DNA from: Hypanus sabinus
Taxonomy: Eukaryota
NCBI RefSeq assembly: GCF_030144855.1
Contig: NC_082722.1
Span: 27,838,001 to 27,902,000 of the forward strand
DNA: 64,000 nt
Direction: 5' to 3'
Below the pieces are notes generated by a model. That model was not told where the DNA came from and did no database searches. It worked only from the letters and a program-made list of their open reading frames with translations. How positions within the stretch are numbered: position 1 is the first letter of the stretch; each line of letters starts with the position of its first letter. Below, piece by piece: positions 35,841 to 48,229 of this stretch. The position numbers and the translations under genes are program-made.

Positions 35841-36338
35841 TATTGGAGTATAGTAGTTGAAATTTTGCTGTGTAACCAGAACTATGTAGTCAGTTTTGAA
35901 ACTTGCTATTTGCTATTCATGTACCCAATTTAGTAGGAGAATGAAATCCTAAGAATGTAGAAGACAATGGTGTGTTAATGAGAGGTAGCTAAGAGATGTT
36001 GATTAGAACATGATTAAGTCACTAAATCTTAAGAATGCAGAAGACAATGGTGTGTTAGTGAGAGGTAGCTAAGAGATGTAGATGAGAACATGATTAAGTC
36101 AATGGGTAGAAACAATAGTGGCAGGATGTACGTGTGATACGCAACTATAGACCGACTGGATATGCTAATGCAACTAAACCAGGAGATTGCTATAAAAAAT
36201 GCTATGTCCAAGGGTCGGTGGTCAATCAGCGACTAGTTCAATGACTGTCTCAGCTATGATTTGCAAATTAAAGTTTAACCCTTCTCGAAGAATCTTCTGC
36301 GTCTCCTGGTCATTTGTGTGGCACGAGAAACCACGACA
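35841..36338 (+). repeat. ERV 3' LTR with extra 80-bp tandem unit
   Basis: Follows the PPT and matches the 5' LTR, except that unit 35944-36023 is repeated at 36024-36103. Confidence 0.92.
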
Positions 36339-38169
36339 GACCCAAGTGCAGGACGTAGGCACTGCAGTACTAGGGGCAGGACGGGAACAACTAAACGAGA
36401 GGCAAGACGTGGAGACAGCGGTGTACGTGCGGAACGTGACGTTCAAGATGATGCTGGGGTTCCGAGAGAGTCTTGAGCTCAGGCAGGCAAGGCAGAATCC
36501 CACAGTTCACTAGGCGGGCCGCAATACTCCTGGACAGGGCCTCCCAGGCAGGAACACGGGGGCCTGAGCAGGTCGGGGGACACCTGGGTAGGTTGCAGAG
36601 CACAACCCGTCAGCAGCGAAGGATGGAAAGGATCAGAGTCCTCCACCGGGCAACGGCAGTCCAGCCTGGATTGCCCAACGGAGGCGAGGGAACTAGGTCC
36701 AAGCTGACCGCCAGACTTACTCGAAGAACTTGTCTTTAACAAGGAGAACTCTAGGCCAGGACAACACCCAAACTCCACTCAGTCCCAGAGCCCCCTATAT
36801 ATACACCGCCAGCTGAAGGGCATCAGGTGCACCTCCTTGAGTCCCAACAAGCCACAGATGATCCACAGCTGTGACTAATTGGGCTCAAGGGCGAAAGAAG
36901 GGACGGCTACAAGACCCGGAGTCCGGTGTCTGCGGACCGGATCAAAACCCGGAATGCGGCTCCAAACCGGACCATAACATCGAGACAGGGAAACTTCATG
37001 TGACTGATGACTTCCTGGTGCTTCATGATCAGAAGCACACAATCCATAAGACAAACTAAGAAGTATTCAGCATGCAAATTCTTTGTTGTCCTGTGAACTC
37101 AGAGAGGAAGTGGTGAACACATGTGCCTTGGAGCTGAGAGGCAGGAGAAGATGGGGCAGGAAGAGATATAGTATGATAGGGTTTACCTACACTGGCGAAC
37201 GTAGTATCGATGATCTTGGGCTGTGGATTATGAAAGCTGAATATGAGCCCACAGACATACTACAGTATGTTAACCTTTGTTGCAAAGGACTTGGTATATG
37301 ACGAGAAAGCCATGCTGAACCAAGGCAAAATGACTCGGTTTAGTCATAATTGCAAACCATTTTGATCTTTTTCAAGAGTATGTTTTCTTGGAGGAAGTAC
37401 AGTGAAGCTTCTCTAAATTGGGTCAAGCAGCACCTATGGAGAGAAATGAACAGTCGAAGTTCCATGTCCAGACTCTTCATCAGAACTGGAAGGAAGCAAA
37501 GAAGAAGGAGAAATAGCCAGTATTAAAAGGTAAGGAAAAGGTTGGAGCAAGAGTTGGAGAGTAATAGGTGGATCCAGGTGAGGAAGTGATTAGCATCACT
37601 CTCTTAAATCACTATGATCTTCCCTCTGCATGCTCACAAATAACCTTGATGTTTAATCAGACCATATTCTTCACTCACGATCATGGCTGATCCAATCAGA
37701 AGCTCAGACTCTTCTTTCCTTTTTGTCTGCAATTCGCATCGCTATCAGTCAGCTTTACTTTGTCACTATTCGGTTGCTTTCTAAATTTCTCCAGCAAACT
37801 ACTGATATGACTTACGCAATGTAATCTAAATGCTGGAACAATGAAGAAAATCATACTTCAAATCTCGTTCAGGCAGCGTGCAAGAATGCATTCAACTAAT
37901 GAATTAACGAGTCATATGAATAATGGTGCCCACGACTGAGGTACAGCACTGTCGAAAACTGGAATTGATCCAGCAGATCATATCTGCCATCCATGATTTA
38001 ATATGAGAAAGCTATTTTCCCTCTAATTCTCGTTTAGCCTTACAGTTAGAACAGTTTTTTTTTAATTATTGGCCTAGCAAGTCGGCTAGTGCTTAAATAG
38101 GACTCCGATAAAATATAAGAACAGGTTCTCGATCACGCAGGATGAACCGAACTAGTGATTCGTAAAAAG

Positions 38170-38890
38170 GTAAAAGGCGGAGGCATCTGTTTCATGATAA
38201 ACTGTGCTTCTCCAATGTGGCAGTTTTCTCGTGATCTTGTTTGCCTGAATTTGGACACCTCAGGATCAAACGCCGGCCTTTCTATTTACCAAGAGAGTTC
38301 TCCCTCATGATCTTGACCGCAGTTTAAATACCACCATCATCCAACTGAGATTCTGCATGATGCCATGGTCAAACAGGTAACAGTCCATGTCTACGCATTT
38401 CAAATCATAATTGGGGAATTCAATAAGGCTTGTTTTTAGAAATGTCTTCCAATTACCCTGAGCATATGACCTGTATCACCAGAAGACCTGACACACTTGA
38501 TCACTGTTACTGTATAAAAAGAGAAGAAACGTCTGCACATCCAAGACCAAAAGCCTCATGGATCACTTGGCTGTCCTTCTCCTACCTGCATAGAGGCAAA
38601 GGCAAACGAGCAAGGATCCAGAGATTAGGGCAATAAAAAAGCTGGCCGTGGCAGGCAGAGGAGCGGCCACAGGATAGCTGCAAGTTGGTGGACTGGTCTG
38701 TGTACAAGGTCTTGTCTACGAAACTGAATTAACACACTACGGTTATCACTGACGTGAATAAGATAGTTGCAGACAGTGAGTCCAAGAGACCTGGATGAAC
38801 TATGGCATCTGCAGTTTGCTGAGGTCAGATCACAGGCAATCAAGACAGGTGCCCAATAAAGTTATAAAAGGTCCATAAAGGCCTATCACG
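38170..38890 (+). mobile_element. Rex1/Babar-type LINE endonuclease fragment
   Basis: Degenerate GGGICFMIN, RPFYLPREF, GEFNKA and PDTLDHCY motifs across several frames. Confidence 0.6.
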
Positions 38891-39139
38891 GGCAAAGTGA
38901 CATTTCCAGATTAAATGAATGAAGGAAGGATGCCCAACAGTTGCGGCTGGGTTTGAATGCTATCAAAGTGCAATCAAACCAGAAAATCTGCAGTTCCTGG
39001 AAATCTGAAACCACACACACAATATCCTCGAAGAACTCAGCAGGCCAGGCAGGATTTCTGAAAAAAGAATAAACAGTCGACATCTCGGGCCAAGATACTT
39101 CATCAGAAATGAAAAGGAGGGGGAAGAAGTCAGAATAAT

Positions 39140-40446
39140 AAGGATGTTAGGAACCTTGGTTCACACCCTTCGTAACTACATCCGTGATGCTTCACACACT
39201 CTCGATCTCCTCTATGAATTTAAGAACCCTGGCCCAGATCATTTCATTTTCACTATGAACGTCCAGTCTCTATACTTTTCTATTCACCCTCAGGATGGTC
39301 CTAACGCTCTCCACTTCTTCCTGGACAGCAAAACCAACCATTTGCACTGTCCTCTGTCTGGCAGATCTGGAACTCATCTTCAACAATTTCTCGTTGGGAT
39401 CCTCTGACTTCCTTCAAACCCACTGTGTTGCTATGGGCAACGGCTTGAGTCCGAGCAATGCCTGATCTCTCGTTGGCCATGTGGAACAATGTCCCAATAT
39501 TGCACCAACATCAGTCCCCAACTCTTCTAACATTACATTGACGGCTGCTTTGCTGCTGCTTCCTGCACCCATACAAGGCTGGTCAATTTCATCAACGTAG
39601 CTTCCATTGTCCATCCTGGCCTCAAATTTATTTGATCATTTTCTCAAATATGTCTTCCTTTTCTCGATATCTGTCTCAATTGCTGAAGACAGTCTAACTA
39701 CAGATATATTTTATAAACACATTAACTATCACAGTTATCTGGTCTACACCTCTTCCCACACTGTCACTTGTAAAAGTGCCAATACCTTTTCTTCGTTTTC
39801 CATCTCCACCGCATCTGCACTCCTGATGAGGCTTTCCATTCCAGTACTATTGAGATGTTCTCCTTCTTCACGGAAATTAACTTTATTTCCTCCACCATCA
39901 ACACTGCCGGAACCACCATCTCTTCCATTTCTCGCCATCCTCCCACTGCCACACACTGTCTCCGCAATCAGCATACCATCCTATGTAACTGCCACCATTT
40001 CCTACAAGATTCCCTCAACTATCTGCTCTCCACAGGAAGTCCCTATGCAAATCCTTTGTCCACTTGTCCCACCCAACTGACCACTCTTAGGGCACTTAGT
40101 CTTCCAAGCAGAACAAGTGCCACACTTGCCCATTCACCTCCTCCCTTATGACCACTCAGAGCCCCAAACAGTGAGATGACACTGCAACTGCGATTCCATT
40201 GGGGTTACCAACTGTATCCAGTGCTCTCGGCGTGGCATCCTGTTGTTTTTTTTTTCGGTGAGACCCTATGTAGACTGGGAAAACGCTTCATTGAGCACCT
40301 TCTCTCCGTCTGCCACCAAAAATGAGATTTCCCGGTAGCCACTCATTTCAATTCTACTTCCCATTCCCATTCCGATAGGTCAGACCATGGCCTCCTCTAC
40401 TGCCACTATCAGGCCACACTCAGGTTGGAAGCCCATCGCCTTATAT
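39140..40446 (+). mobile_element. Penelope-like element (RT plus GIY-YIG), decayed; cut at its 3' end by an LTR
   Basis: FIFTMNVQSLY RT motif, and a GIY-YIG-like CIQCSRRG..GET..RLGKRFIEH near 40210-40300. The sequence stops at cttatat where the LTR begins. Confidence 0.7.
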
Positions 40447-43400
40447 TGTTACGAATTCCCGTAACTGGATCACTTACCAGCAAAGATAGAGAGGACCGTT
40501 GAAGTCTGATGGTACTATTTTTAAAAATATTTATTGATAAAGGGCACAAAAATAAGATTAATGCAAACATACAGATAATATACGTCGTCAGTAATAAATC
40601 TAAGCGCCAGTGTACTAATAACCAATAAGAAATAGCTCTACCGTTGTCTAGGGCATAATGTATTTTCTGATTTAAAGATAACAATCACTATCAGTTCTTT
40701 CAAGCTGCAGCGTTGTTGGGTTTAAAAGTGATGCGGTTTAAACTTGCCCCAGGTCTTTTAAGATGCCGATCCGTTGAGTCAGGGGAGCGGGCTTCCACGT
40801 TGTTAGCTAAAAGCTGTTTTCCCGTGGTTCCAGTCACCGATTCCAACCACGGAATCGAACGCACGTGGCTTCCTTCAAATGACTTCCTGCTGTTACGTGG
40901 TCACTTAACGTTTCTTCTGGTGCGTCTGAAGGGGTTGTTCCCCAGACCCTCTTTTATACTTCCTCACAGGGTCTCAGATGTCAATCAGGTTGGGATAATG
41001 CAATCCCTCAACAAGCCCACTCTGGTCATCCCCTGAGGGGCTTCAATGAATAGTACAGTACTCAATACACAACTTGGTCTTCCGGAGACAATAGCCATGT
41101 CCCGTAGCTTTACATCGCCGGGGAAACGAGGCATTTTGCACATCCCATTCTCATTTCCTGGGCCCATTTACCCAACCCAACAGTAATCTTGCGATTCTCA
41201 CAAAGGAGAGGGCTACGGACGTAACACCCCCTTTCTTCAAGGCGTTTTTAACCATCGGAATAAAAACGAATACAGAGTCTCACAGGGTGTTAGAATCTAA
41301 CACAACACCAAAGTTTTTGTTTTCTCTACAGAGTAATACAGTGATACATTCACTTCAGTATCTAAACAGTTAACGATTACAGTGTCACTTTCTTCATTAT
41401 CTTAACATCGTGTACCGTACTAAAGTCTTGTAGCATCAGGCTTCAATTTAATAACCACCTATTTTTTTTATTTCTTTCCTTCAGCAACAACTCTAAGGAG
41501 GTGTGGTCTCAGCTTCCGTGCATCTACAAAAGTTTATGGAACTACAAATCTTTCTGTCGTTTTCAAACTGAACAGGCAGGCTTCAAGGGGATTGTCTTTA
41601 TTATTCACAGGCTGTGTCGAAATCCCATACAACCGGCTTTGCTATTTAAAAATGGCGTTCCCATTAACCCTCGCCTCGTTTCCGGGTACTTCCCACGTGG
41701 GGAGCTTGGGTAATGTGGAGAGATATAGGAATTATTTTATCAACACCGTGTCCCAAACTTAGACCATCTTCTGACTTTCCACCCAACTCTTTAATTTTAC
41801 ACAGGTGGCTAACCCTCTCGTCAGGCTATGTGTTTCTCGTTCGACCGCTTTGCTCAAGCAGCATTTCAAATTCTGCCTCTTCACACCACATTTTGGAATA
41901 ATAATAGCGTGGGGGGCCCCGTCACCTTCCGGCTGAATCGGTAAGCGATCGGCAGGGTTTAAAATGTCTTCATTCGATTTGGGAACGTTAGATTTCCCGT
42001 TTCCTTCAATGATAATATTTATCTCCCCATTTGTGAACTCCGCATTAACTTTCAGCATCCCTTCGAGCACACACACCTGGGAACTCTCACTTCCCACTAT
42101 TACCAAGGTTAGCCCTTTCTTCACTGAACCAATTCTATCTGACCCACCAGGACGGCCATCTCGTTCCACTGAATCAAATACCTCAGAGCTCCGTTTCTGA
42201 GCTCCGTTACTGGGTTCAGTACCACGTGCATCCCCATCTTGGACACACTCAAACGGGATATTGGCCTCTTCCAGGCTTTCAATACCCGTACCCTTTTCAA
42301 ATTCTACGTTTCTCCGATCCTCCCAGGTACTCTCCGGGCAACTCCCTTCCAGAGTAAACTCAAACCCGGGGCTGAAACAAACGCATCTGCCAACCCAGCA
42401 GACTTCTTCAAGGCAAAGGCACCCTTTTCATCTAGGGCTGCCCTCATTTCATTATCGGGAACACTTTTAGAAGTTTCAACTTCTTCAAACAGTTCTGCCA
42501 AACCAGACAGATCATCCCTGTCCAACTCTGGACCTCTTAACCGCTCTATCTCTTCCTCATCTTTATTTTCTGCCTCTAGGACCTTTCTCGTCGCTAAGGG
42601 CAGATCTCCCTCCGCTCCCTTACCCTCTTCCACTTTACTGCTCTTCGTTTTACCACCCTCTAAACCCTTGTGGTATAGGGTCGGTAGAAACGTCTCGGCC
42701 AAATCAAAACTGGCCGGATTTAAACTGCTCTCATTCTCAGCTGCCTCTCTCGGCAGGCTGCGAGTGACCGCGCATGCGGGATAGGTCTGGGAATCTAGGG
42801 GCGGGGCACCAGCACTCACCGGTCGGCGGGTCGGCAGCATTGCCGACCAAACCTTACCACCTGCTAAATCGTTACCGAGAAGGACGTCTGCGTCAGTTCT
42901 CGGGAATTCTGATCGCACCCCTATTTCAACTGGTCCAGATACCAGCTCACAATCCAAAATGACCATATGTAAGGGCACCATTTCTGTTCCTTTACTTATT
43001 CCTTTCACAGCTACCATCCTCGTCTTGCGACCAAACTCTAGTACCTTACTGCTGATCAACGACAGCTCAGCCCCCGTGTCTCTCCAGATCCGTACGGGAA
43101 CTGGTGTGTCCCCCTCCCTCACAGACACTGTTCCGTGTGACAGACAAGTCTCAGACCCTTCTCGTACTCTGTCTACTCGGGGCTCTCTTGTCGATTTACT
43201 GATTGCCACGGCACACCTGATAAGGACTGCCGCTGTCCCTTTTCCTGTCTCTTTCCTCGGAGCAAAGCACCGAGATGCAATAGGTCCCCCCTTTCCACAA
43301 TTAAAACAGGCCAAGCCCGGAGATCTCTGGCCGTCTGGCCTTTCCCCCTCAATCTTACCACTAGCTTCCGGCGGGACCTCTGCCTCAGCAGGCGGACTTT

Positions 43401-43550
43401 CTCGATCGTTCCCACGGTCTCTCTGGGAGCGTTTATTCGAGGAAAACTTGGTCTTGTGGGTTAGGGCATATTCATCTGTGAACCTAGCAAATTCCGAGAT
43501 GGACTTATGCGGCTTATCATTCAAATACGTCCGAATATCCTCCGAAACAC
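40447..43550 (-). mobile_element. Second Gmr1-like LTR element, defective (gag-PR only recognisable); 5' part runs into an N gap
   Basis: 3' LTR 40447-41226 (TGTTACG..CGTAACA), PPT aagaaaggggg at 41227-37, gag DEYALTHK and CFNCGKGGPIASRC, protease IWRDTGAELSL, and VLLGNDLAGG..AVTRS as in the element at 24663. Confidence 0.8.
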
Positions 43551-43750
43551 NNNNNNNNNNNNNNNNNNNNNNNNNNNNNNNNNNNNNNNNNNNNNNNNNN
43601 NNNNNNNNNNNNNNNNNNNNNNNNNNNNNNNNNNNNNNNNNNNNNNNNNNNNNNNNNNNNNNNNNNNNNNNNNNNNNNNNNNNNNNNNNNNNNNNNNNNN
43701 NNNNNNNNNNNNNNNNNNNNNNNNNNNNNNNNNNNNNNNNNNNNNNNNNN
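43551..43750. other. Assembly gap (200 N)
   Basis: Run of N. Confidence 0.99.
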
Positions 43751-43957
43751 CTGGAAGTCAGAAGCGTGGTGTTCAACTTATTAAGCAATTAGCATTGATA
43801 GTAAAATGAAACGAACTCACCCGATCCACTGGGTTGGTGAGTGTAGCCAGTAGTGATGTGGTCTAATGTTCAGTAAAATATAAGATGTGTAGTTGAGAGT
43901 AAAATCATAATAAAAGTCACGAATTAAAGTTTAAAAAAACAGGAATAATCCTGCAAA

Positions 43958-44215
43958 ATGGAGAACCGAAACAAAATACATCCGTTCACATCGAACACCA
44001 GTGTGGGAACGCTGGTGGCATTTCATATCTACAGAAGGATTTCAGAGAGTTTTGTTGATTCTGCGATGTCCGTTACATCACAGTACACACATTGCGAAAG
44101 TTGCATTCTCAGTTCCCGCACCAACACGTGCATTTCCGCCCTGACTCAGAGCAAATTCCGAGAGGAACTAAAGAATGCGGTGAAATACCCACTGAATCGG
44201 GTTAGACATAAATCC
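43958..44215 (+). pseudogene. GPR139-like class A GPCR C-terminal fragment (TM6-TM7-helix 8)
   Basis: MENR...LSSRTNTCISALTQSKFREELKNAVKYPL resembles the LSxCTNTCIYAxTQxKFREELKNAVKYP ending of the GPR139-like family expanded in cartilaginous fishes. The TM6 region is degenerate and no upstream helices are seen. Confidence 0.65.
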
Positions 44216-44437
44216 TGTACAGCATCACAGTTCAGCTGCCTTCACGTTTTCTATTCTATCCCCCCACTTGTGCGTAAATGGAAATAATGTGCTGAACAGA
44301 TTTCCAAAACAAACTTGAGAGAATGTGCTGACGCTCGAAACACACGCACAGAATCAGATCCTGGTGAAGGGTTTCGGCCAGAAACGTGTTTACACTTTCC
44401 CACACAAAGAGAGTTACAGAGATAGAGAAAGCGAGCG

Positions 44438-45030
44438 CGGGGGCGGGGGGGGGGGGGAGAGAGAGAGGGGGGAGGGAGAGAGAGGGGGAGGAAGGGAGAG
44501 AGAGGGGGAGAGAGAGAGGGAGGGAGGGAGAGAGAGGGGAAGGGAGAGGGGGGAGATGGAGAGAGAGAGGGTGGAGGGAGAGANNNNNNNNNNNNNNNNN
44601 NNNNNNNNNNNNNNNNNNNNNNNNNNNNNNNNNNNNNNNNNNNNNNNNNNNNNNNNNNNNNNNNNNNNNNNNNNNNNNNNNNNNNNNNNNNNNNNNNNNN
44701 NNNNNNNNNNNNNNNNNNNNNNNNNNNNNNNNNNNNNNNNNNNNNNNNNNNNNNAGAGAGAGGGGAGAGAGGGGGGAGGGAGAGAGAGGGGAGGGAGAGA
44801 GAGGGGGAGAGAGAGGGGGAGGGAGAGAGAGAGAAGGGGAGAGAGAGGGGAGAGGGGAGTGCGGGAGAGAGAGGGGGAGGAAGGGAGAGAGAGTGGAGGG
44901 AGAGAGGGGGAGGGAGAGAGAGGAGGGAGGGAAAGAGAGAGGGTGGAGGGAGAGAGGAGAGGGGGAAGGGAGAGAGAGGGGAGGGAGGGAGGGAGAGAGA
45001 GACTCGACAGAGAGAGCGCGAGGGAGGGTG
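44438..45030. repeat. GA/GGA-rich polypurine low-complexity tract containing a 171-N gap (44584-44754)
   Basis: Almost pure G/A on the + strand. Confidence 0.95.
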
Positions 45031-47779
45031 AACTCCAGAAGCGGGGTGACCAGCAGATACAAGCAGGGAAATCTGCTTCCATATTTAGACCCATAGTACA
45101 ATGGAGAAGAGTGGAATGGATAACTGCACGTGTGCCGAAGCTGTGCAGATTTCCAATAAAGGTAACGATAGAATTGTAGCAGAACAAAAAAAAATCCCTG
45201 GGGCCTTACCTCCCCTCTGAAGCAAAATAGAGCTCTTTCAGAGATGCCAGCAATGGCCTTTTCAATCAGAGCAACAAAGGGGGAAAATATTGCATGCAGA
45301 ACCGCAGCTACACAACTTTCCTGCCCTCTCTGTCTACTGGCTCTTGCTTTCCTCATCTCTCCACATGTTGGGATAAAAGTCATCAAACCAATGGGGTAGG
45401 TTCAACCTGGGCAGAGATCTGAAGTGCAAACATCTAAATGTTTCTTCTTGTATCTCACAGAAAAGTTGAAGGCCATCAAATTGATCTTGGTGATTGGTGA
45501 GTAAAGTCATTCTCACTTCACTGGGTGAGAGCTTCTGAGATATGAAAATGTAGACTTTAACAATCCACTGTGAACCACTGGATTTCAGCCGAGCTAAGAT
45601 GATCAGAATGACAATAATTATATTAAATGCAGAGCAAGGTTGATCTAACACTTAATATCTACCCAGAGTGACTGCGGTAAACATGATCTGTCACTGTCCA
45701 TCACGTTAGAGCCATTTTGGTTGTACGTGCAGACACCTTGCAGAGTTGAAGGAGCTCGTGAGCAAATGCTGTCACTTGCTGATGGCAGCAGAATGTCATG
45801 ATATGAAATAGTTGAATTTCTGTAATAAAAACAGAAGATACTGGAAAGGTTCAGAAAGCCGCAACAGCTGTGCAGAGAGGAACATAGTTAATATCTCAGG
45901 TTGGTGATCTTCATAACTGAAGAGTTTGAAAACTGGAGTATTTCAAGTTGCAAGGAAAATGGCGAGTGATTAACTGGAGGCTGTGGTACCAATGGCAGTG
46001 GTGCTGGCTGAGGGAATGCAGTTATCCCATGTAACACCTCTTAAAGCGAAGAGATATTATTACTTCTAGGAAAGATTTAGTGGGATATTAACCAAGTGAA
46101 GGCAAATAGCATTAGATCAGAGGGGCATTTTTTTTTATATAAAGTATGGACATGGTGGGTTGAAGCATCTGTATAACTTTGATTCCATTACTAACAATGA
46201 AACTCAGTTTCTCCAGCTGGGACAAATAAAGAAATCTGTCACAGGCTTATGAGGATCTGGTGGGGGGGGGGGGGGTGGGTGCGGGGTGTGCAATGTCCTA
46301 AGAAGAGTGTTAGTTGGTGTGGCATGTCTTAATTCTTTTTGAAATACGGATATGTTACTATTTAGAGATTTGCAAAAGATTCCAGCAACAGCCCTATCAA
46401 TAGAATTCAGTTGTGTGCGCTTTTTCCTTAAGTTTGCCTTGGCTGAAAATAAAACTGCAGATCTTGATGCTGAACATTTATCCTGCACCTGTTAATGAAT
46501 GTGTCGAAAATAAGATACCTAAAATCAGCGAAGCACTTGTGTGCCTTGAAACAGGATTTGTTAAGACTTTTATGGAATGTCAGTGAGGCAATGTGCAAAG
46601 GTGTATGCACAGTTCATTAATCTAGGCAATGAATGACAATTAACTCTTTAAATGTTCAGAATGGGTTCCAGATGAAAGCATTACTGTATCTTTGTAATGA
46701 AGAGCAGTGTGGTGTTCATTAGCATAGTGGGCCGTGTTCACATTATTTTGATTCCTCCTCTTAAAACCTATCATTTCAAGCTGCAGTGACTCAACTGCTT
46801 ATGTGTGTGGGTGTTTGAGCCAGCCTGCTGATGTTTGCTCCCACTGTACATTAAACCTCCTCCATCACAATTTATGCTACCACATGTCTCTCGAGCTACT
46901 TGTTTACAGTTGACACGACTAGTGTAATTTGCACAATCAATGCATCGTATTTAAAATTTTGTCTCAATGATGCTTGTAGGTGGTCCCAATAAGATGTGTA
47001 GATCTGTGATTTGAAGTGCCAGTTATGTAATCAGAAGGGTGGGTTAGGAGAAAGCTCAGGATTACATGACCCCATTTATTGTCCAACAATTCTTCTTAGA
47101 ATATCTTGTTAATGCAACATCCTGTTGTGCGTTGGCCAAGATTAGGTAACTTATAGCTTCTTGGTCTGGTCCTGGTCCTGGTCTCGGTTCTTTGCAGCCT
47201 GTCCAATGACAACATAATTCATGAGTGTAAGGTCACTTTAAATTTGGCACACCCCTTTACCCCACCCCTTCCCTTCCTAAAGTCCCTTGCCTGAGCCCTT
47301 CCTACCCAATCAGTCTCCATGCTGTTTAGATTTGTTAATCATAAGAATGATGAACAGCATCAATTTGTATTTCTGCTCCAAGTTTATCTTTGGTCCTGCC
47401 CCTGTATCAGCCACTCCTTAACCAGCTACTTATCCAGCACTTGAAATTCCTGGAACAATACCACCAAAGAGCCTTATAAAAGATTGACAAATCAGCTAGA
47501 AGGGACAGACAGCATTCTGGAGGAAGCTAAAATCAACAGCAAAGCACAGTGTCCACTGTGTGTATGGAGTAGAAAATTTGGAAATAAATAAGCAAAACAT
47601 TGGGAGAAGTATGTTCTCACAGTTTCCCTGTGTAGAAAGTCTTTCACTGATGGTCACTGTAGAAAGATTTTCAGAATTTGAACGAGCTGGAAAATCTGGA
47701 CTGGGTAAATAACCCGTTTCTTTGTAAGATGGAAGAACAGGGAGAGCGCTTGTAAGAAAAAATGATCAAAATTCAGAAT

Positions 47780-48060
47780 GATAAAGAAGCATTTTTTTTC
47801 AAAAATGTTTGCTTTTATGGAGTGTGATTACACTGTCATACGAAGTTTCCTAGTCTTTGGAGAAGAGCCAAACTGCTCTTCATTGCATTTCCATCCTCCT
47901 ACCTTGTTGAAGGAGGCTTCAGTGCAGTGAACTACATACAAAGAAAAAAGAAAACACTTGGACACTGTTTAAGCGTGGGGATTACAGCCTTTTGCTGTCA
48001 GAACTTGAACCCAATATTTCAACTCTTGCTGAAAACCACCAAGCTCAAAGATCACAATGA
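47780..48060 (+). mobile_element. hAT transposase C-terminal remnant
   Basis: KLLFIAFPSSYLVEGGFSAV (hAT dimerisation motif), followed by EPNISTLAENHQAQ*. Confidence 0.6.
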
Positions 48061-48229
48061 TATCGAAGATGCTGTACAACGTGGTGTGTAAGATAGTTTT
48101 AAAGAGAGATAAAAGTTTAAAGCAGAATCATTTTCTCATTTTAGCATATGGTAGATTTGTTTTTTACACTATGGGGGTGCCGGAAAGTATATTGTGCCTA
48201 AGAGGAGTGTTGACAAGTAGGAAAGGTCG

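Larger units (their letters stand above)
17388..36338 (+). mobile_element. Class I (epsilon-like) endogenous retrovirus, defective, interrupted by a nested Gypsy
   Basis: Paired LTRs, 4-bp TSD GACC (17384-87 / 36339-42), PBS, gag-UAG-pro-pol with YVDD, env TM with an immunosuppressive domain and CX6CC, and PPT aaagggggg before the 3' LTR. Confidence 0.93.
17361..36979 (-). mobile_element. Solo LTR (~660 bp; pieces 17361-17387 and 36343-36979) split by the ERV
   Basis: TGTCATA...CATAACA termini with 5-bp flanks tcgtg (17356-60) / tcgag (36980-84). Removing the ERV and one GACC copy gives continuous ggctggacccaagtgcagg. Orientation is tentative. Confidence 0.65.

Noticed and set aside
43751-43788. 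Apparent start (MLNKLNTTLLTS) of the 494-aa ORF
   Set aside because: It is joined to the gag sequence only through 200 Ns; an artefact.
44256-45386. Long ORFs of 236-376 aa on both strands
   Set aside because: Translations of the GA-rich tract and N gap; low complexity.
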